Shown here: piece after piece, positions 52,113 through 64,000 of the stretch
Numbering within the stretch: position 1 is the stretch's first letter
How the letters are laid out: each line of letters opens with the position of its first letter
NCBI GenBank assembly: GCA_012295275.1
Contig: CM022670.1
Span: 40,176,001 to 40,240,000 of the forward strand
DNA: 64,000 nucleotides
From: Chrysomallon squamiferum
Lineage: Eukaryota; Animalia; Mollusca
Direction: 5' to 3'
Notes under the pieces: model-generated
What the model was told of the DNA's origin: nothing
What the model saw: only the letters and a program-made list of their open reading frames with translations
The model's database searches: none
Program-made: the position numbers and the translations under genes

Positions 52113-53234
52113 AGTGTGTGTGTGTAAAAAAGAGAGAACAAAGATGATGAAAGAGACTTGCAACAAAGTCAAAAACGAATCTGACAAATTCTGAGCAGAT
52201 GAAAATACACACAAGCAGTAACTCGGCTGGGCTGTGTGTTTCACGTTCGTATTGCGCCAGCTCTTCAAACAGAACTTTGCACCAGGAAAACAAGATGAGT
52301 TCATCGCATCTTACAGCTGGCTTATCACCCAAATCCCAGCAGAGTGCGTAAACAGATGTATTTTTTATATGTTTGTTTTCTTATTTGTTTACAACCCGCA
52401 ATAACATGAGTACGTTCTCGTGCAGTCCTAGAAAAAAATCATTTCCACTGTTTTTATGTAATTCAGATTTCTCATTCTGTATGCATTATACTTATATGTG
52501 TGTGTGTGTATACGTGCGTGCGCGGGCGCGCGTGTGAATGTGTGTGTTTCTTTTCTACATCCTTCCGTATCAAATTCTTTCCTTACTACTCTCACTCTTA
52601 TCTCGTCTCTTTCACTTTCTGTTTCTTTTTCTCATTCATTTATTCACGATTTCATATTATCTACTTCCTCATCAAAACAACCAGATTTTCTCATCTGCGT
52701 CGTTGAAACGAAAGAACTGAAACAACGAATTAAAAAAAAAAAAAAAAAAAAAAAACATAAAAAAAACATCATCCAAATAAACAACCAAGAAAACAGAAAA
52801 GTAATTTTATATCTGAAAAAGAAAAAAAAAAAAAAAAAAAAATCCGAAAAATAAAAAAGAAAGAAAAGAAAAGAAAAGAAAAAAAAAAGATGCAAAAAGA
52901 AGCATTATGTTTCAGTTATGACGTGCTTACCCAGAGTATCCCTGTCTTAACCCATTGTTTGAATAAACAAATACATGGAAACAACAACTATTGCGTAAGC
53001 TGTAATATCAGTTAATGAAATATAGTCCATCTGAGAGGGCGAGAGAGAGAGAAAGAGAGAGAGAGAGAGACAGGGATATATAGAGAGAAACTGAAACAGA
53101 TAATACATGAACACAAATGTCACAAATAACCAAACGCACTCATTTTGAAAGTATTTCTTTCTGACATTTAATAATTGATGTATTTTGGTGCTTCATTGTC
53201 GCTTCATTTTTATCAATCATTCACCAATAGTAAG

Positions 53235-53840
53235 CAGACATGTATAAAGACAGACAGAAACGTATAAAGACAGACAGAAATGTATAAAGACAAGCAGACA
53301 TGTATAAAGACAGACAGAAATGCATAAAGACAGACAGGAATGTATAAAGACAGACAGACATGTATAAAGACAGACAGAAACGTATAAATACAGACAGAAA
53401 TTTATAAATCCAAGCAGACATGTATAAAGACAGATAGAAATGTATACAGACAGAAATGTACAAAGACAGGCAAAAATGTATAAAGACAGGCATAAATGTA
53501 TAAAGACCGGCAGTATAAAGACAGACAGAAATGTACAAAGACAGGCACAATAGAAATGTATAAAGACAGACAGAGATGTATAAAGACAGACAGAAATGTA
53601 TAAGACAGACAGAAACGTATACAGACAGAAACGTATAATGACAGACAGAAATGTATAAAGACAGACAGACATGTATAAAGACAGACAGAAAAGTATAAAG
53701 ACGACAGACATGCATAAAGACAGACAGAAACGTATAAAGACGACAGACATGTATAAAGACAGACAGACATATAAAAAACCGACATGCATAAAGACCGGCA
53801 GAAACGTATAAAGACAGACAGAAACGTATAAAGACAGACA
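53235..53840. repeat. ~20-bp minisatellite (tgtataaagacagacagaaa)n
   Basis: About 30 degenerate copies. Confidence 0.93.
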
Positions 53841-54501
53841 GGTGGAGGCCAGTGAAGTTGGAAGATATGAACAGTTGAGTTATCTTCAAACTGATTTAGT
53901 GGACAAAGGACTCAGACTATACATTACAATAAGTACAAACAGATTTTCTCTTTTTTCTTTCTTTATTTTTTTTTTCTTTTCTTTTTTTGGTTGTTATCTA
54001 TTCACACAATAAACATCTCTTCTCCATGCAAACACAACACACAGAAGATTAGGCAGAATAATTAAATTATGTCATTGCTGGGTGGCTTTGGGTGAAGGGA
54101 GTTAAGGACCACACCTTTCGTTTTGTATAATTGCAATAAAAAAGGTTTTTGTTTTGGAGACAGGAAACAACAAAAACAAAAAAAAAAAAAAGTAAAAAAA
54201 AAAAAAACCAGCTAAGATCTACAAGGTTCAGTAAACTGAAAAAAAACGATAACGAGTGACCCAGATTGCATTCACCTCTCTGTGTATTCAGCGCTCAGCC
54301 GCGATCTATCTGAAACTTACTGTAAGCAGCAACGTTATGTATTTGAGCCTGCTCGAAATAATAGCCCGAGGCCACTTTGATCTCAAGGGTGATATTCTTC
54401 TCGATGCCTCATTAGCGCTGAACTTTTAGAATACAAAACGTCTTTATTGTGCGGAAAAGCTTACTCTGTCTGTTTTACTTTCTGTACTAAAACGACCCAA
54501 C

Positions 54502-54532
<31 letters not shown>

Positions 54533-55585
54533 CAGATTATGAAAAACGGAAAAAGAAAAAAAAATTAGTTTCACATCAGCGCATACAGAGTTCAAACAAT
54601 ACTGCGGAGGGTCTAAGGACAAAAGTTTGCTGGAGTACAGTAGTGGGGGGGAACAAAAAAAAAATCACCACTCCTCTTTCTTTCCCTGGGCTCTGTTACA
54701 ACTGGTATTGTTAAACCACATGGTACCAGTTAACCTGGGGGCGAGATTTTAAGTACTGCTTGTCTCCCTTCTCCCGCGCCAAGAAATCAGCCCGCCAAAA
54801 CAAGCTGGAATCGTCTGGTACATTGATGATTCAGGTTAACGTAGGAGTGATCGACCTGGCCTCGTTTCTGCGAGTGGAACTGCAGCAGAAACGATTCGAT
54901 GTCTGCTATGACGCGGTTGGCAACTGACAAATGCTCCTGTATCGCTGAATGATAAGAAGTACTCGATGTTTGCACTTTGTTAAGGACCGTTCACCTGCGA
55001 TTTCTTTAGCTTTGTGTTCTCGGTGTATTCTTACTATTTACAGAAACGTGGGGATTGACTAGCATAAACGTGGTAACCGATGACGATCTTACTCCAGGAA
55101 TGAAACATTTCTAAGATTTATCCGAGTTCAGATTCGTGCTTGTGAACCTCACAAATACACCTGTAAATTAATAAATTAAATACAGGCAGGCAGTGCACAA
55201 TAGATATATATATATGTTTTTGTTGTATTTTTGTGTTCTTGTTTGTTGTTTATTTTATTTCTTTGCACCTAAGTATGCATTCATGCATTCAGTTCAAAAT
55301 GGTGTAAACAAAAGAACTTAATCAATAATTATTCAGCGATCTCTCAGTACATTTTAATATTAATGATAAATAGCTATACAATTGTGTTTTCAGAAACACT
55401 CACACACACACACACACGCACAGATATTTGCCGCTACTTGTACTAAAATAATAAGCACCATCATCACTAGTGTTATTACTACTTCTACTATTATTACCAC
55501 TTTGATTATAGCTACTAATACAACCATTACCACTACAACTGCTACTACTAGTAGTTTTATTGCCACTAATATTACTACTACTTAC

Positions 55586-55760
55586 ACTTCTTTGTACTAA
55601 GATAGAAATATAATTCAGAAATCTCATAAAATAAGAAGAACTGCAATTACTATTATTTACTTAAAATATATATATATTTCAAAAAAAAAAAAAAAAAAAA
55701 AAAATAGGGAATTTTCCAGTTGCATAAAAAAGACCACTGGAATATCTTTGTTTCTTTTTC
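55586..55760 (+). repeat. Dispersed repeat, copy A (copy B at ~62098-62245)
   Basis: Identical core atagaaatataattcagaaatctcataaa plus shared gaactg.aattact.ttatttact and actggaatatc blocks. Confidence 0.8.
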
Positions 55761-56411
55761 GATTTGTAACTTATAACAGTGGTGTATGCCAAGGAATGGA
55801 TAATTTTCCCACCAACGAACTTTTATGAGTCTAATAATGTCGTCTGTCTCATATAGGGTCATTACTCAGCAATTATTCAAATGGACCGTGTTATATGTTG
55901 CAAAACGTTTACAGAAATTATTAGCATGGTTTCACGTTGCATGACTACTAACTGGATTAAAATTATGCATAGACTACGTTTCTGAGGAATGTAATTATAT
56001 TTTGTGAACGGGTGCAGTTGTATAACGTTAGATAAGATCATATTTTTAGTTGCTTTGCATTTACAAAGCCAGCAGGTGTTTGCTTTTGTTGCTGAAAGAC
56101 AATTCGCATTGTGTTCGCTATAGAGACATTCTAATCAAGTGCAAACAGTTTTTGAAGACCTTTTGTTTTTATTATGATTAAATTTACAGTGTATTTGTAA
56201 ACAGGTTGTTATTATTGTTGTTGTTGTTGTTATTAATATTATTATTATTATTATCTTCAAAAGTTTGTTGTATTGTTTAGCACAAATCATCGCATTTTGT
56301 GGTTATTATTATTATTATCACCATCATCATTCATTTATTTTTGCGGATTATATTTCGTCTGGTTTGGGAGCATTATTTATTTTTTGAGTGATTTATTTAT
56401 TTAACACGAAT

Positions 56412-56442
<31 letters not shown>

Positions 56443-56794
56443 CATAAACGTGACTAGCACCCTGTCCCAGATCGTCTGTTACCCGAATTCAAACATTAGC
56501 CGCAGGTTGTTTTGGTAGTGACGTCAGCAAACGTCAAGCAGACGATCATCTGTGTACTTAGCAGACGATATCTGTAACAGGCAGACCTCTGCAGTGATAA
56601 CAGTGACACGCTCGTGTTACTCTGGTTGTGTTTTGCACTTTTGTTTGTTCAGCTAAGTGGGGGGGGGAGAAAAAAAAAAGTAGTTCCGGGATACTTTTGT
56701 AAAGTTCATAAAAACAACTCTTATCATTCATACAGATAAATATTTTTAAGAATCTTTTTATTTTTATTTTTTATTTTTTTTTTTTTTTTTTTTT

Positions 56795-56971
56795 GCTGTG
56801 GCTCAGTGGTTAGAAAGCTGGTTCCAGATAATATGGATTTCTAGATTAAACCTCCTTGGTCAAATTTCCCGTTCCATTTTCGTGCTCCAAAATGAATATA
56901 TCCAAGACATGGTTTATTTATGGAATGACTAGAATCAACAGATGTACTAATATAAAAGAACCATTGCAATC
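56795..56971 (+). mobile_element. Decayed tRNA-derived SINE
   Basis: Pol III A-box TGGCTCAGTGG at 56799-56809, degenerate B-box gattaaaccc, then atttcccgttcca...gtgctcca...tataaaagaacc core related to the 26.2 kb copy. Confidence 0.55.
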
Positions 56972-58625
56972 AAAACAGAAATATTAATTATGTGGTAGTG
57001 ACAATGTACGATTCTGTAATGTCATCATTAATAAAAAAAAATAAAAAAAAACATATGTCATCAATAACCTTCCGTACAAAAATGTTTCATTAAATAATTT
57101 TTTTTTTTTTTTTTTCATTCATTCCTTTCCAGCACGCGTTAAAATAACATCTATGCAGTGTCAGAAAATGTGAAAATTTGAATATAAAAATATAATATTA
57201 AAGAAAAAAAAAGAATAACTAACTAAATAAATAAATAATCAACGGAATTTATATGCTTCAGATATTAAAACGATAATGAACAACAATCTAAACGTTATGC
57301 AAATAAATATGTCACTGTTGGTATGTTTAACATTTAGTATCATTTATTCTTTCTTTCACTGTTACTTTATTTACTTATGCAGAAATACAGTTCTGGCTGA
57401 AATTCAAGTGATTCCACCACATCAGTATAATATCTCATCCCAACTGAGTAAAATTAGAGTATTCGGAATACAAACTCAGATGGAGAATCTCTATTTAAAA
57501 ATAATAGAAAGGGTCATACATTATTAAGTGAACGCCCTTTTGCTATCTGCTGCTTCATTCAGTATACCTCGACCGAGTAATTATAGGCCTTAGGCGTGTG
57601 TACTTCAGTATCTTCGTCAAGGTGTGGATTTATATAAAAAAAAATGTTATCGTTTAGTACTAATCAATACGTAAACCCTTTCGAAGGGAGGCAGTGACTT
57701 CCCCTTTCATATTACTTAAATTTTTGTAAAAAAAAAAAAAAACAAACAAAAAACTAATAAATAAATAAATAAATAAAATAGAATAAATAACAATAATAAT
57801 AAGAACTCCGTCACATAACGATTAATATTTAAAGATTTTGAAGCGGGATTAAACGAACGTTTGTTTATGTGTTTATTTATTTATTTACTTAATTTATTCA
57901 AGTAAATTATGGTTGCGATAACTTTCCCTCCCTGCCTCCTCCCCCACCCCTGTGTAAATTCTTGCAACTGTCCTAGATAAATAGAGGACGTAACACAATG
58001 AGAAATATGTTATGCGAGCCGTGAGAAACGTTAATATTGGCGATTAACCTGTTTATCTATTGTTCTGTATCCAGAGGCTACACTAAACAAAAACACTGTA
58101 ACTGTAGCCGTTACGCCTCTCGCGACCTAACGATCAGTCAGCGGAAATCTGGTGATGTCCACGTGCAGAGATGTTTATGCCCGAACGTTGCCGTGGCGAC
58201 CGAAAACAGACGAAATGAACACTGAATGTCTCGTTTTCGCAGTGTTATTGATAGTGTATGGAAATGACCTAGAGACACCCACACAGTTTTAACATGTATC
58301 TACTTACACTGTACAGTGATGAACAAACAAACAAATTCTGATTCATAAACAAACACTTCCACATCTGTGGTTTTATATTTCACATACATTGTCGTAAACA
58401 AACGTACATTTATATTCATACATGCTTACGTAAATACGTACGTACATTACATACATGCACACACATATATACAGACGTATGGTTAAAAAATAAACTTTAA
58501 TAATAATAATTAAAAAAAAAAAATATACTTTAAATTAAAGGCTTTGAATACTGATAATTTACTAGCCGGAAATCACGTTTGTTTGATATTATTATACAAA
58601 ATATTTCTTTAAACGGAAATTCCTG

Positions 58626-58666
<41 letters not shown>

Positions 58667-59176
58667 AGTGGCAGGCAAGTTCATGGACAGTTAACTGTGT
58701 ACATATAACTGAATACAAAAGAATAACTACGTTATTTTGTTATCACTTCGTGATTGCCACGGCAGAGATATCTCCACCAGTCACGTCTATCATAAATACA
58801 CAATGCACAGTCGTACCTGAAAAATCAAAAATATTTTATTATAAAAATATTATTAAGAAAGGGCTGCTTCATCCTTAAAAAAAAAAAATGACTGTAATTG
58901 TTAGAAGAAAACAAGAAGATCTTACAAACACAGACGCATGCTTTTTTTTACAGGCACATATATCTGTATTCATCCATTGTGGTTGTGTTGTTGTTGTTTT
59001 TGTTTCATTGTTGTTTTCTTTTATAACGAAATAATTATTTCACTATGAAAGTTACATTCGTCTGAATGAAAGAGTCATTCTTCCTCTTTTTTAAACTCCT
59101 GTAATCCATCTTAGAATCACACTGATAAAAACGGGAATAGTGACGGACAGTTTTGATTTCTATCTTCTTTTATTTT

Positions 59177-59214
<38 letters not shown>

Positions 59215-59597
59215 TGCAAATGAGATAAAATGATTGAACATTATTTCAATTTCACCTCGAGCACAATTATATATAGCTGTATATTTACAATTTCCTATTT
59301 CTGTTTGCGTTCACAAAACCACAAGATATTCATGATGCTGTAAGAACTGTTACAAGTTTGATATTTTTTTTATTTGAATTCATGCATAAAAATGCGGAAG
59401 CAAAGTATAAATAGACTGAGCCGCGAGGAGGCGACATAAAAAGTTCGTGTAATAAAATTATCATAATAACCTAATAAAATCTAAAATTATAATTATTCTG
59501 ATTATTTCTAGTTGATTTGTAATGAGAAAATAAGAGTGTGTGTGTGTGTGTGGCGACTGAGAAAGAGATTTAAAAAGAGAGAGAGAGAGAGAGATGT

Positions 59598-59652
<55 letters not shown>

Positions 59653-59678
59653 TGTGTGTGTGTGATAAATTGAGAGGG

Positions 59679-59798
59679 AAAAAAAACGAAAGAAATAAAG
59701 AAAGCAGAAGACTAGAAAAAAAACGAAAGAAATAAAGAAAGCAGAAGACTAGAAAAAAAACGAAAGAAATAAAGAAAGCAGAAGACTAGAAAAAAAAA
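59679..59798. repeat. 37-bp tandem repeat, 3 perfect copies
   Basis: cgaaagaaataaagaaagcagaagactagaaaaaaaa at 59687, 59724 and 59761. Confidence 0.95.
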
Positions 59799-60895
59799 GA
59801 AGAAAAATGCTAGTCAGTAAATCTGTCTCTAGCAATAACTCACACATAATGACATTTTTATCGCCTTATTTAATTTCATGTTACATGCCACATGTAAAGT
59901 ACTTGAAAAGAAAAAATGATGACGATACACATCTTGCTTGTGACTAATCTTCGTTTACCTGGCAGGCACCACGTTTAGGGCCTACCTGCGTGTCTATAAA
60001 TAGCACGTCCGTCACGCTGACTGTAATACATTACAGTTTTACCTGTGACTAATAAAAGAGATTTACGCTCCACCCGGGATTAATCCATTCCTGTCAATAA
60101 TTGTACACGTACCTGATTTAAAGGTGTAGTTCCTTATAGGCTGAATGGCCATTAAAAATATATTTCTGGACAAGAAATTCTAAACATAAAACAGTTGTAG
60201 ATGGGATGCATATTAAACCTGTGATAAATATTTATATTAATATCTGGTCATGATTTTTGTTGGGTAATAAGGTGAATAAAATAGCACAACTTTCATTGCT
60301 AAAAAAAAAGCAAGCAAACAAACAAATAAAATGAATAAATAAATTTGGGGTGGACAATTTTAGAAAGGTATAAAGGCAAAATTGGTAATTATAAGTTAAA
60401 TATTTTTGTACAATCAAGTTATTAATGAAAAATATATTTTTAGTATAACAGTACATTAATATCCTATACATATCAATACACCAGAGCTCTGAATATGTGA
60501 TTGGTAACATATTTATTTTTTATTTTATTTATTTATTTATTTATTTTTTTATTACGATTGTTATTGACACTGATAGTAACAGTAGAAGTAGTAGCAGTAG
60601 CAGTAGTAGTAGCAGTAGTAGTGGTGATTCTGTATGGATGTATGTACATTTGTACTTTTGTATGTTTGTTTGCTTATGCGTATGTATTTGTGTGTGACTG
60701 GGTTTGTGTAAGTTTGTATGTAGGTGTATACATCTGCGTATAATAACAGGTATATTTATATATATTTATATGTATGTATTATCATTATTATAATTACCAT
60801 TATTAATTGTAGCGACAGCAGCAGCAGCAGCAGCTGTAGTAGTAGTAGTAATCTTACTGCTGTTTTTGTTGCTACCAATATTACTATTTATTTGA

Positions 60896-61037
<142 letters not shown>

Positions 61038-62240
61038 GGATGGATGGATAGTATTGCCACCCGCAGTACGTATTTGAAAATTCCATATTGTAAATCTCTG
61101 TAATAAATACGTTTATCAAACACTCCACACGAGACATAAAACATATGTTAAGTGAAATGCACTTTGCCTTCAACAAACTTGACTCTAATTTATTAACTTG
61201 TTTATTGCATAATTCTCCAACTGCCTAATAAATGCCACGGGCATTCCTAGCATACAACGCATATCTGCGGCTCGGTTCACCTGGAAAACAGCTCTCGTTC
61301 TTGAATTTCACACCGCTTTTCTCTACACCATTCACAAAAGCCACGTAAGGACGATCTGATAGCCTATTTACTCTCTTTTTCCATCGAGCCCATCCCACCA
61401 ACGTCCGAAAGGAAACGTCCCAACCGCCAGTGGCCTTGAAGAGAGAGAAGAAAAACACGAGGTGGTTTGGTTTATCGCGCCGCACCGGTTAACCTCGCTT
61501 TGGATTTTCTAAGCGTGATGATGCCGTCTGTTTTCGGCGAGTAGCGGGAGATTCATCGGTTTGACTCATAACCGCAATAATAGTAAGATTATAATGACGG
61601 CTTCCCTCCAATGTTGAGTCAGTGCGGTTGGTTACTGAACGGATCGATTTTTGTGTCAATACACGAGTTTTGTCTATGCTTAGCCGTTCAGTGATGAAAG
61701 AGTACAGTACAGTATTGACTGATTTAATGAGGTCGTGATGTATTGGTCCTGTGTTAGTGAATCATAATAGCCGTTTTAAATATACAAAGTGGATTACTGT
61801 TTTAGCTCAGTATAAAGTACTCTGTGAAATGTGACTCAGATAGATATGTAGATAGAGAGACAATCACATGCACAAACGCGCACACACATACACATACATA
61901 CGTATGTATCTTTACCTCATTATCTACAGAAAGTAAAAAAAATAAGAATACAAGGATAACTGATAATGAATATTAATAATTTGAATTCTGATTAGGTAAT
62001 AATGTGATACAACTATTCATACAACTACTACTACACCTTTTCCTACCACTTTAATTACAGCTACTTGTACTACTATACTAGCATTACAACTATGTATACT
62101 TCACTGTAGTAAAATAGAAATATAATTCAGAAATCTCATAAATAAGTGGAACTGGAATTACTGTTATTTACTAAAATATGTATTTAAAAAAGTAAATGCG
62201 GAAGTTTCAGGATTCACATGAAAACTGGAATATCCTAGTT

Positions 62241-62345
<105 letters not shown>

Positions 62346-62572
62346 TTCGTTTAAGTTAAAAAAACATAATTATTTTGCAGGTAGTATTTAAAAGCTTGCT
62401 AAGAATATTTTTAAATGTTTTTTTTTTTTTTTTAAATAAAAAAATAAAAAATAAATAAATACATTAATTATAATAGAAGATGAAGAAGAAGAAGGTTTAA
62501 TTATAACAATAGTTACACGTTCAACAAGTCTGTTCTTGCTCTCATTGCATGCATACCGTTTTGTTTTATCCG

Positions 62573-62728
62573 ACTTCCGGTGTCGTAACATCTATTTTTA
62601 GACGGGAATTCCCATACATTGCGCGAAAACCGCCACGTGTTGTGAAATGACATTTGCGGTTAACCATACCGGATCGAGGCAGTTTCTGGGAGATCCCTTT
62701 ATTCTTTCTTTTTATTCTTTTCCAGGAA
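62573..62728. promoter_or_regulatory. Motif cluster: ETS, two NF-kB, E2F, E-box, STAT GAS
   Basis: ACTTCCGG 62573, GGGAATTCCC 62604, GCGCGAAAA 62621, CACGTG 62634, GGGAGATCCC 62688, TTCCAGGAA 62720. Confidence 0.4.
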
Positions 62729-62995
62729 AAGTTACTGGGGATTGTAAAATTCCTATAGAAACTCTGCCTTACGTAACTCTGTAATATTCCCATACATTTA
62801 TATTCAAAGGAGAGTTTACCAGTAACATGATTATAGGACAACCTTAAAATGTTTCTTAAATTATTATTATCATTTTTAACAAAATGAAAATAAAGAGAGT
62901 ATTATATGAAACAAAATCTAGGTTTATCCTATTTTATTTTCCCCAAAACAAAAATAAATAAATACAAAAATAATATACAACTCACTATTGATATT

Positions 62996-63070
<75 letters not shown>

Positions 63071-63378
63071 TCATATAATCTAATAACTAAAAATAACAGG
63101 TATTTTAAAAAATATCAGCTTAGAAATCAAAGAGGTCTAAAATACAATTGCATCATTTATTTTTTTTTTTTTTTTTATTATTATTTTTTTTTTTTTTTTT
63201 TCCTCTGTGGTAAAAGATTGCAATATCTTCAGTAGCAGACATTGGGGAATACATGTCAGTATTAATATTCCATATCATTCAATACAAAATCTGATACAAA
63301 TACACATAGTTGCTTTGATTTAAATTATCTTTATAATATCAATAAATATAACTTTGTCACATTTTTACCTACAAATAA

Positions 63379-63429
<51 letters not shown>

Positions 63430-64000
63430 TCAATCGAAACAAAGTTAAAGCTGGATTGTACAGGAGAGAGCAGAAATATTCCAGTCAGGCCGGGGATTTC
63501 CTGAAGCCTCGTTTTCGATATATGTCGCAAGATTGATCAAGGTCAGTTGGGAGAATAAGAAAAAAACTATTACATGTGAAATAATTTGTATTATCTTGCT
63601 TTATGTTATATTTTGCAACTATATGCTATGAGCAGTACAAAATATGACATTAGATGAAGGTTTCACGTTTCAAAAATATCTCCTTAATGACAAATGATAG
63701 ACAAGAACATAATATTTACTTGCTGTGGCAACGTGTTCCCAGGGAAGCAGATCTTGCCTTTGACCCTAGAATAGTTCACGCCCAGCCAATCAAAGAAGGC
63801 GATTTTCCGCGGCCGACGGGAGATCACCAATAAACTATGACTTCACTAGTGTGTCAGCACATTCTTTAACTGAAGCTGCTAGTGTGTGCATGTAGATTTC
63901 ATACTTGTGCAGACGATCAAAAGTGCAGGAATTTACTTCATTATGACACTAACGGAAATTAATGAAAACAGCAATATGCAAGAAGATCCACAGTAAGTAA

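Noticed and set aside
53217-53889. Three overlapping minus-strand ORFs
   Set aside because: Translations of the 20-bp minisatellite.
54787-54975. Protein-like 62-aa minus-strand ORF
   Set aside because: GTG start, in-frame stop just upstream, no compatible acceptor and no recognisable family.

Overview
Eukaryotic, AT-rich, microsatellite-dense animal DNA (a mollusc or other lophotrochozoan is plausible, but that is inference). Bases 704-39010 hold the last 29 coding exons of one + strand receptor-type protein tyrosine phosphatase, whose 5' end lies upstream of the window. All 28 introns are GT-AG with matching phases and splice into one open frame of 4004 nt (~1334 aa): Ig domain, five FN3/FN3-like repeats, a transmembrane helix, a juxtamembrane region, a catalytically intact D1 (KNRY, WPD, HCSAGVGRTG) and a degenerate D2 (KNRC, WAD, HCMNGASRCG). 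It most resembles type IIB RPTPs (PTPRM/K/T/U). The introns carry minisatellites abutting splice sites, a partial copy of an exon start, a decayed Tigger/pogo transposon and a SINE relic. From ~43.5 kb to the end I find no convincing coding exon, only repeats, local duplications and several transcription-factor motif clusters. I see no firm evidence of a wholly new system. The best leads are a UGA-C stop followed by a 42-codon open extension, a minisatellite that multiplies the splice donor of the transmembrane exon, and the ectodomain architecture.
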